A DNA stretch of 64,000 nt from a virus (lineage: Duplodnaviria > Caudoviricetes). Of the stretch, positions 26,628 to 33,272 are shown in pieces. The translations under genes were made by a program, and so were the position numbers. The notes beneath the pieces were generated by a model, which was not told the DNA's origin, searched no databases, and saw only the letters and a program-made list of their open reading frames with translations. Numbering within the stretch: position 1 is the stretch's first letter; the number at the start of each line of letters is the position of its first letter. The DNA lies in IMG/VR virus record IMGVR_UViG_2974670102_000001, positions 1 to 64,000 of that record; one strand, written 5' to 3'.

Positions 26628-27301
26628 GATCCGCGCGTGTCGAGCACTTCCGCCGCTTCCGTAATCGTAAGGTTCGGCACGCCGTCCACCATCCACGTTT
26701 CGACCGTCTGCCCGGCAATCCGGCGCAGGTAGACGGAAACCGGGACATTACGCAACCGGCCATGTCGCGCGGCCCCGAACGCTGCGAGTTCGTCCGATTT
26801 TGCGGCAAACCGAGCGACAATGGATTCTGCGAAGTCAACCAGTTCACGGGCTGCCGCAAGCGGGATAGCCTTGTGCGGTTGCGGGGCCGCGACTCGCGCA
26901 ACCTCGTTTTCTGCGTCGCGTTGCTGGGTGAACGTGCCCCGTCCGTCAACGTACCAGTTACACACGATCCAATCACGGGCCCGCGTATGGATCGCGCAGC
27001 ACGTGACAGGCACGCCCCCGATATCTGCGGTTTCCGCATGATCGTCTTTCGACGTGCGGGCGATCTCGCGCGCTTCGTTCGCGAGTTTCGACAGTTCGGC
27101 CGAAATTTGATCGATGGTCATTACTTGTCCGTTCAACATGGCTTCGAATTCCATTTCATTTTCGAGAAAATACAGTTCGGGGGTGCCCGCGATAAGATGC
27201 CGGGCCGCCCGCGCTTGCTCGGCACGCCATTCCGGATTATCGGGGAATGCGCGCCGGGCCCGGGCTAGTTCGATCCGCAAGTGTAGCGCGAGCGGTGACA
27301 T
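26624..27301 (-). CDS. hypothetical phage protein
   Basis: 225 aa; TAATG coupling with the upstream gene. Confidence 0.7.
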   Translation of the reverse strand: MSPLALHLRIELARARRAFPDNPEWRAEQARAARHLIAGTPELYFLENEMEFEAMLNGQVMTIDQISAELSKLANEAREIARTSKDDHAETADIGGVPVTCCAIHTRARDWIVCNWYVDGRGTFTQQRDAENEVARVAAPQPHKAIPLAAARELVDFAESIVARFAAKSDELAAFGAARHGRLRNVPVSVYLRRIAGQTVETWMVDGVPNLTITEAAEVLDTRGS

Positions 27302-27786
27302 TATGCGACGAGCCGCTTAACGGGTTCAACGCTGCGCGGGTGATAAACCCAGCGCAGTTCAGCCAGCAAGGGCGCGTATTCTTCCGGGGTTGCCAGCTTC
27401 AAATCGCGGCCCAGACTGCGCGACACTTCCCCATGCTGCCCCGTGTGCATGTAGGACATCACGTTACCCGGGTTGCAGTCTTTCGCGCTGTTACAGAAAA
27501 ACGCGATTACGTAACCCTCGCGAAACTTGCGGAACACGACACGCAACGCGGGCGGCGCAAACTTCGCGGCCCCGTAGCGCTGCGCGTCTTCGGACAGGGC
27601 GCGCACGCCCGAGGGGTCATGTGCATCCCGCGAGCCGTGAACGTCGACCAGATCGCCGCTGCGCTTATCGAATTGAAACGTGATCGGAACGCGGGGGCCA
27701 AACCCGGGCCATTTGCGCGCGAACGCTTCAACGTCTGCGGTCGTGCACTGCACGGTAAAGAATGCCCCATTATCATATGCTCGCAT
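27301..27786 (-). CDS. two-domain hypothetical phage protein
   Basis: 161 aa, RBS GAGG; C-terminal VVFRKF...SYMHTGQHG...ATPEEYAPLL.EL domain. Confidence 0.8.
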   Translation of the reverse strand: MRAYDNGAFFTVQCTTADVEAFARKWPGFGPRVPITFQFDKRSGDLVDVHGSRDAHDPSGVRALSEDAQRYGAAKFAPPALRVVFRKFREGYVIAFFCNSAKDCNPGNVMSYMHTGQHGEVSRSLGRDLKLATPEEYAPLLAELRWVYHPRSVEPVKRLVA

Positions 27787-27882
27787 GGTTGCCTCTAGGC
27801 GGTTGTGCTGCTGTTGAAAGTGAAACCAGTATAGGACGGGGCCGCCGCCCCGTCAACAATACCAGACTACCGCGAGGGGTCT

Positions 27883-28254
27883 TTATTCCGTGCCCCGCAA
27901 GCGACGTACAATTTCCGCGTGCGACAGGCCCGACATAAGACGGTCAATTTCCGCTTGCTCGTCCGCCTGCCGTCGCTCGTCTTCTGCTACCTGCCTAGCG
28001 AGTTCTGCGCGCCACTCTTTCAGGGCCCGCGCGCCCTTTTCCGTGCTGCGCGGATCAACCGACAGATAGAGCGTGACTTCGCGCCCCTCCCGGTCAACGA
28101 AAACGGGCGTGCCGCTATTTTTCACCACTACCGTGAAATGCGACTGAACCAGACGGTTTACGGTGTCGGCATCGATAGCCCCGCCAAACGATCCGCCCAC
28201 AACCTTCCGCGTGTTGTCGCTGTAGAGGCGCGTGTGATAGCTGATATTGCGCAT
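27883..28254 (-). CDS. hypothetical phage protein
   Basis: 123 aa; single-gene unit. Confidence 0.75.
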   Translation of the reverse strand: MRNISYHTRLYSDNTRKVVGGSFGGAIDADTVNRLVQSHFTVVVKNSGTPVFVDREGREVTLYLSVDPRSTEKGARALKEWRAELARQVAEDERRQADEQAEIDRLMSGLSHAEIVRRLRGTE

Positions 28255-28331
28255 GTCAAACCCTGTTGGTGCGTTGAAAGTGATACCAGTATAGGGGCGG
28301 CGGGCCGCCCCGTCAACAGTATCCGATTAAT

Positions 28332-28676
28332 TTAGTCGGGTTTGTCGTCCTGCACTTGTGCGCCCGGCCGCGCCAGCTTTTCCAGCTTGGCAAGCAACGA
28401 AACAGCGTCCTTAACGTAGCAGGTGCACGCGGGCCGCTTCGCCTCATACTCTGCTACTGCCTGAGCATGCGCCGCCCGGTCTCCGTCCTTAACACGGCCG
28501 CCCGGCCCCCGCTTAGGGCCGCCCCCGAAAATCTGTTGAGCGTGTCTGTTGTGAACGGCAACCGCGCAGCTATAGGCGTGCATCGGATGCCGGATGAGGG
28601 GCCCGAAAATCGCGAGCACGTCCCGCGCTAAATCGGCTTGCCCGTCGTCGTATGCTTGATTGTATGCGTCCTGCAT
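28332..28676 (-). CDS. hypothetical phage protein
   Basis: 114 aa, RBS GAGGGG. Confidence 0.7.
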   Translation of the reverse strand: MQDAYNQAYDDGQADLARDVLAIFGPLIRHPMHAYSCAVAVHNRHAQQIFGGGPKRGPGGRVKDGDRAAHAQAVAEYEAKRPACTCYVKDAVSLLAKLEKLARPGAQVQDDKPD

Positions 28677-28687
28677 GGTGTTTCCCC

Positions 28688-28912
28688 TCAGTGATCGCGT
28701 TTAACGCTAGTGACGTTGCCGTTATGCTTGCGCACTTCCCAATTGATGCCGTAGTGGCTGAACCCGGTAACACGGTGCGCGCCCGCGTATCGGCCTTCCG
28801 CCACGTCGAACGAATGATCTTTCGTGATCGTGCCGTAACGCCTGCATTCGGCCGCTACCTCGTCAAGACTGCCTGCCTTGAATGCCGTGATGAGTTCTGC
28901 TTTGGTCAACAT
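28688..28912 (-). CDS. hypothetical phage protein
   Basis: 74 aa; follows promoter TTGCAC-N18-TACAAT. Confidence 0.7.
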   Translation of the reverse strand: MLTKAELITAFKAGSLDEVAAECRRYGTITKDHSFDVAEGRYAGAHRVTGFSHYGINWEVRKHNGNVTSVKRDH

Positions 28913-28999
28913 GGTTTGTCGTTCGGTTCGTTAGAGTGACGCCATTGTATAGGGCAAGTGGGCGCGCGTGCAATACCCCTAAAAAGTTTTTGGTTTTTG

Positions 29000-29405
29000 T
29001 TGACGCGGCCGGGGAAGCGTGTAGAATGGGAACCGGTGAGCAACACGGGCAAACGCAGCCGCGACGCGGTGGGGAACCCGGAGCCCGGCCCCTGCCCGGT
29101 CGCGCAAACGTTTGCGCCGGGTGTCCGGAGTACCCGACAAAAACGCTAGGGTACTATTGACGCGACCGCGAATAGGGCGCACAATTCGATTCATGGTGAA
29201 CGCGACGCGGACACCGAACCCGGCCGATTCGGCCAATGTCGAAAAAAGTGAAAAAACTTGTTGACATGCTGCAAATCCGGGTTCATAATGCTTTCCATGG
29301 TGACGCGACAGCGACGCCCCAGCCCCGGACACGGGGTCATCCCGGGGCCCGCGACAGCGACACCCGCGAAAATCGCTTGACGTGCAGGGCCGGGGCCGCT
29401 ATAGT
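29000..29405 (+). promoter_or_regulatory. cluster of four tandem rightward sigma70-like promoters
   Basis: TTGACG-N16-TAGAAT (29000-29027), TTGACG-N17-CACAAT (29157-29185), TTGACA-N17-CATAAT (29261-29289), TTGACG-N17-TATAGT (29377-29405). Confidence 0.7.
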
Positions 29406-29707
29406 GGCGTCACTGGGCCGAAACGGCTCAGGGCAGGGCGGGGGCCTATCCCGTCTGACGCACTGGAGCCCGTATTGACGATCAAGCACACGACCGCGCA
29501 CAGCAGCACCAGCACGACCGTAGCACCCAGCGTCACCCGCGCTCGCGTCTTCTAACGCGACACATAGCCTCCCCACGCCCTGAATAAGGGATAGGGAGGC
29601 TTTTCTTCGTCCATTTCCCCTTGACATCAAGTTGCTCAATTTTTAGGCAGTCCGAAAATCCCGGCAGGGCAGGGGAGGGCGCTTGCCCAGAAAACCGCCC
29701 TTCCCCA

Positions 29708-30098
29708 CAAAAACTTTTGAGGATTCCGAAATTCTTTCGAAGCACCCTTCCACAAGTTTTTCCTCGGGCAAAAAGTTTCGAAGCCAGTCAAAAACTTTGA
29801 CCTCTAAAGCAAAAATAAAAAAGTTTGGACGCATTCAAAGGTTTTGTCAAAAGATTTTGGCGAAATAAAAAGATTTTAGAGAAGCCCATCTAAAAAGTTT
29901 CAAACTACCAAAATCTTTTGAGTTGCCTCAAAACTTTAAATTTCCCACCTAAAGATTTTCAGTCCGCATCAAAAACTTTTGACGGATTTCAAAAACTTCA
30001 ATACGCAGTCAAAATCTTTGGAACGCACCAAAAACTTTTGACGAGTTCAAAAACTTTTGACCGCACCGGTAAGTTTTACCTGTCTCAAAAAGTTTTTG
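29708..30098. repeat. AT-rich array of ~20 imperfect palindromes CAAAA(A/T/G)(C/G/A)TTTTG with ~20-bp period
   Basis: Units start at about 29708, 29728, 29750, 29769, 29789, 29817, 29836, 29848, 29867, 29891, 29909, 29929, 29949, 29970, 29990, 30010, 30029, 30048, 30068, 30086. Confidence 0.85.
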
Positions 30099-30203
30099 GT
30101 GGCGGCGAAATAATTCGTAACACACTGTTACAATATTTTCGTTGGTACAAATATTTTTCCATGCTATAGTACGCGCACACCAACGGAAATAGGCGTACGA
30201 ATC

Positions 30204-31175
30204 ATGAGCGGTATATACAAGATAAGCTTCAACGGCAACAACAAGCGCGACTGCTACATAGGGCAGGCGCAGGATTTCACTGCGCGTATGTACAACCACA
30301 GGCACCATCTACGCCGGGGGACTCACTTTGCACCCAAGCTACAGCGGGCTTACGACGAGAACGGGCACGAGAACATGCGCGTCGAGATTCTTGAGTTGTG
30401 CGAAGTAGAAGTACTCACCCAGCGCGAGCAGCATTATCTTGATACCATTAAGCCGCGCTACAACCCCACGCTGATTGCATCAGAACCTCCCATGCGCGGA
30501 AAAGCGCATAGCGACGACGCTAAGCAAAGAATCAGCGACGCGGTGCGGAAGTTCAGCCACAAGCAAGAACTGGCGATTGTCAGCAGTCACATAGGGCTTG
30601 GATTCAGCACTACAACCATCGCACTTCAGTTCGGCTGCTCAGAGCCTACAATACGCACAATCCTGCGCAAGCACGGAATCGATACGGGGGCGTCTCGCAG
30701 GCCCAAAGGTAGAGCTAAGAAGGCAGGCCGTAAGGTCAAATTTGACGCGGCTCAGGAGCAGGCCATCGCGCGCAGCTACCAGTCGGGTAAAAGCACTGCT
30801 GAGGTGGCTCAAGAATTTGGCTGCTCCCAACCTACGGTGGTGAAGATGCTGGATAAACTAGGCATTGAGCGCAGGCGTGGCCAGTTCAACGAAACCGAAC
30901 AACAGGACATCGTTCGCCAGTACAAGAATGGCAAGACCACAGAGGACATTGCCGCACAGTATGGATGCAATCACTCCACCATCGGGGACGAGTTGCGCCG
31001 GGCTGGCGTCGAGTTGCGAGGCCGAGGCCGCAAGCGTTTGCTCACGGATAAGCAAGAACGTCAAGCCCTTGCGCTTCGTGACAAAGGCAGGTCAGTCAGT
31101 GAAGTGGCGGCCAAGTTTGGATGCAGTCCGCAGGCGATGCGCAACATACTCAACAAACACCGGGAGTCAGCATGA
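30204..31175 (+). CDS. GIY-YIG homing endonuclease with NUMOD3-like motif and four HTH repeats
   Basis: SGIYKI...YIGQA...R...H...L; E..REQHYLD..KP.YN; GKAHSDDAKQRIS; 4x G.ST..IA.QFGCS..TI...L. Confidence 0.85.
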   Translation: MSGIYKISFNGNNKRDCYIGQAQDFTARMYNHRHHLRRGTHFAPKLQRAYDENGHENMRVEILELCEVEVLTQREQHYLDTIKPRYNPTLIASEPPMRGKAHSDDAKQRISDAVRKFSHKQELAIVSSHIGLGFSTTTIALQFGCSEPTIRTILRKHGIDTGASRRPKGRAKKAGRKVKFDAAQEQAIARSYQSGKSTAEVAQEFGCSQPTVVKMLDKLGIERRRGQFNETEQQDIVRQYKNGKTTEDIAAQYGCNHSTIGDELRRAGVELRGRGRKRLLTDKQERQALALRDKGRSVSEVAAKFGCSPQAMRNILNKHRESA

Positions 31176-31471
31176 ACGTTATCATCCACGATCAAGATTT
31201 TCTTGACTACCCGATCATGGTAGTCGACACCGAGCTTCTGGAGAACACGCTGGACCCCGAGACCACGGCGTTCGAGCGCGCGCAGGAGGCGCTGGCGCGC
31301 ACGGAGGTGGTGCTACTCGTCAAGCCCGAGCACATAGGACGCGTGTTGTCCAAAGTCCACAAACATGTGACAGCCGTCCACAACACGGTACAGCTTGAGG
31401 GAGACACGGAAGCCCGGCTCCAGCGCGCGCTGGCCTCGGTGGGGCTCGATCTCCATAGCTCCACCTACTGA
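31172..31471 (+). CDS. hypothetical protein
   Basis: Start MNVIIHD, ATGA coupling, RBS GGAG. Confidence 0.65.
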   Translation: MNVIIHDQDFLDYPIMVVDTELLENTLDPETTAFERAQEALARTEVVLLVKPEHIGRVLSKVHKHVTAVHNTVQLEGDTEARLQRALASVGLDLHSSTY

Positions 31472-31486
31472 CCATTGCACCAAAAG

Positions 31487-31524
31487 AAAAACCCCACACG
31501 CCTTTTGGTATGTGGGGTTTATTT
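31487..31524. terminator. bidirectional intrinsic terminator
   Basis: AAAACCCCACA...TGTGGGGTTTATTTT between convergent genes. Confidence 0.7.
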
Positions 31525-31664
31525 TAGTCCGCGCAAAACAAAAAACCGAGCGCCGGGCCCGGTTCTTGATCAGTGCATGGACACCCATCTGATGACCATG
31601 ACCGCGACTACTGCGCACGCTACTGCTACTACTGCCAGAATGTCGTCGACGCGGGGCGGCATGT

Positions 31665-31994
31665 TCAGTGCCGGTCGAAGAACACGGGGTCCGTACAACC
31701 CTCTTCCAGCTTCTGTGCCACGTAGGCTTTGCCACGCCGCGTTGCCCCCACCACCTCCATGTTCTTGACTGCACCCTCCTGCACCAATTCGCGTGCGATG
31801 CGGGCCACGGAACCCACGTCTCCGGCTGTCGCCACCACCATGCGCACTTGAAGCGGCACGGGCCGGAAGGGCGACGAGTACGGCAGATCGACGTTTCCGA
31901 CGATCAGATAGTTGACGATGTGGTCGCGGTAGTTCGTGCCCTTATAGACCGTGCCGTCGCGGCCCACTCCGTCAAAACGGTTGCTGATCAACAT
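31665..31994 (-). CDS. hypothetical protein
   Basis: 109 aa, RBS AAGGAG; promoter TTGACG-N17-TAGTAT at 32035-32063. Confidence 0.7.
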   Translation of the reverse strand: MLISNRFDGVGRDGTVYKGTNYRDHIVNYLIVGNVDLPYSSPFRPVPLQVRMVVATAGDVGSVARIARELVQEGAVKNMEVVGATRRGKAYVAQKLEEGCTDPVFFDRH

Positions 31995-32072
31995 GCTGCT
32001 CTCCTTCTCTATTCTCAGGTGAATGGTAGCCAGAATACTAACGTATTTACTACATCACGTCAACGCCAAAAT

Positions 32073-32107
32073 AAAACCCCGGGAAGCCGAAGCCGCCCGG
32101 GGTTTTT
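32073..32107. terminator. intrinsic terminator
   Basis: AAAACCCCGGG...CCCGGGGTTTTT. Confidence 0.7.
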
Positions 32108-32205
32108 ATCTACTACTCGTCTCGATCAACCGCGCGGACGAATGTCCTGCGGTGACAAGCTGCGTCCGTGAATGGGTCGACGGTCGCTACGGACAATGCC
32201 CGCTT

Positions 32206-32373
32206 TCATACGTTCTCCAAGAGGTGAACAGAGTTCAGTTTGAAGAGAGCCCCACGCTCGTTCAGGAGTCGGAACAATCGGTTAAACGCCGATGTTCGTG
32301 AGCGTGCGTCCACGCTCTCCCGCGTTTCAGTGCCGTCAATAACGACCATGAACTCGAACAGCTTATGCATCAT
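32206..32373 (-). CDS. small hypothetical protein (55 aa)
   Basis: Hand-translated MMHKLFEFMVVIDGTETRESVDARS...HLLENV*; RBS GGAGG. Confidence 0.55.
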   Translation of the reverse strand: MMHKLFEFMVVIDGTETRESVDARSRTSAFNRLFRLLNERGALFKLNSVHLLENV

Positions 32374-32453
32374 GATGGGGCCTCCGTGGTGTTTACATTC
32401 TGTACTCTTTGGGTGGTTGAGGGGAACTACTAACGAGTTGCAGTGTTACGCGC

Positions 32454-33194
32454 TCAGGCCGTCGCGTCTTCGTTGACCTGATCGATAACCATGCGCAGGT
32501 ACGCAGGGTCATACGAGTACAGTTGCTTCCAGTACTCGATGGCTTGCTGCTTGTCGGCGCGGCTGATGCCAGCCTGCACCATCTTGTCGGCAAACGACTT
32601 GGGGATCGGGGCACGCACGATGGACGCCACCATCTTGTTGTCGACGATGACCGCATTGTCCGATGCATGGCTCACGACCTGCACCTTCTCCGCGTTCGCG
32701 GCGATGGCAAAGCCGTAGTCCATGTCGCCCGACTGGCTGACGTAGGCCACGAATTCACCCGGAACAGCCGAGGCCGTCGTGATGTGGCGCAGGCCCGGAA
32801 CGTCGGTACGGCGCTTCGTGCTTGCCTGAATCAGTTCGCTCAGGTCTTCGTTGCCGTGGCGTGCCAGATACGTGCCACCCTTGCCGGTCTTCACTTCCCA
32901 GAGGCTGTCGTCAGCGTCCGAGGTCATGATGTTCGAGGAACCGACGACACGGTAGCTGGCGCGCAGTTCCTGCGGGTCGACGACGCGGACTTCGCGGTTC
33001 GCGCGCATGAAGCCCACGGCAACGCCTGCGCGGACTTCACGGAACGAGTCTTCGACCGGTGCGGCCTTGGCCTCGAACTTCTCGGTCAGCGACGCCCGCA
33101 GCGTCTCCTTGTTGAATTTGCCTGTGAACGCGATGACGACGCGCGCCAGCTTCGGGCTCACGAGATCGTAGTCGGTAATCGAAACGGTTTGCAT
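32454..33194 (-). CDS. putative virion structural (head-associated) protein
   Basis: 246 aa, highly biased codon use, RBS AAGGA, position in the morphogenesis block. Confidence 0.6.
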   Translation of the reverse strand: MQTVSITDYDLVSPKLARVVIAFTGKFNKETLRASLTEKFEAKAAPVEDSFREVRAGVAVGFMRANREVRVVDPQELRASYRVVGSSNIMTSDADDSLWEVKTGKGGTYLARHGNEDLSELIQASTKRRTDVPGLRHITTASAVPGEFVAYVSQSGDMDYGFAIAANAEKVQVVSHASDNAVIVDNKMVASIVRAPIPKSFADKMVQAGISRADKQQAIEYWKQLYSYDPAYLRMVIDQVNEDATA

Positions 33195-33272
33195 GATGCT
33201 ATCCTTCTTGTGAAAGTATGGTGAGATTTTGCGAACCTCTTAGGAGTCCCGAAGAACTCACTGGGTATGCAA

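Larger units (their letters stand above)
1987..29155. repeat. dispersed family of ~33 fixed-length 27-bp inverted-repeat elements, nearly all abutting a sigma70 -35 box
   Basis: Plus-strand consensus GTCAAC-AATAMCC-N13-GGKTATT. Copies start at about 1987, 3603, 4558, 5312, 5932, 7645, 8434, 9940, 9976, 10355, 11449, 12543, 13316, 13686, 14415, 15080, 15701, 16629, 17418, 18207, 19943, 20637, 21168, 22711, 23155, 23704, 24214, 24683, 25409, 26420, 27858, 28318, 28972, and 29129 (opposite orientation). Confidence 0.9.

Noticed and set aside
1987-29155. Dispersed repeats as a CRISPR array
   Set aside because: The repeats are degenerate and separated by whole genes of 0.3-2 kb rather than 30-40-bp spacers; no cas genes are present
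29708-30098. Periodic array as a mini-CRISPR, or the overlapping Lys/Phe-rich ORFs as genes
   Set aside because: Units (~12 bp) and spacers (~8 bp) are far too short and degenerate; the ORFs simply translate A/T tracts and lack RBSs
31665-31994. GATRRGKA as a Walker A NTPase
   Set aside because: It lacks the S/T after GK, lies about 20 aa from the C-terminus and has no Walker B; at most a remnant
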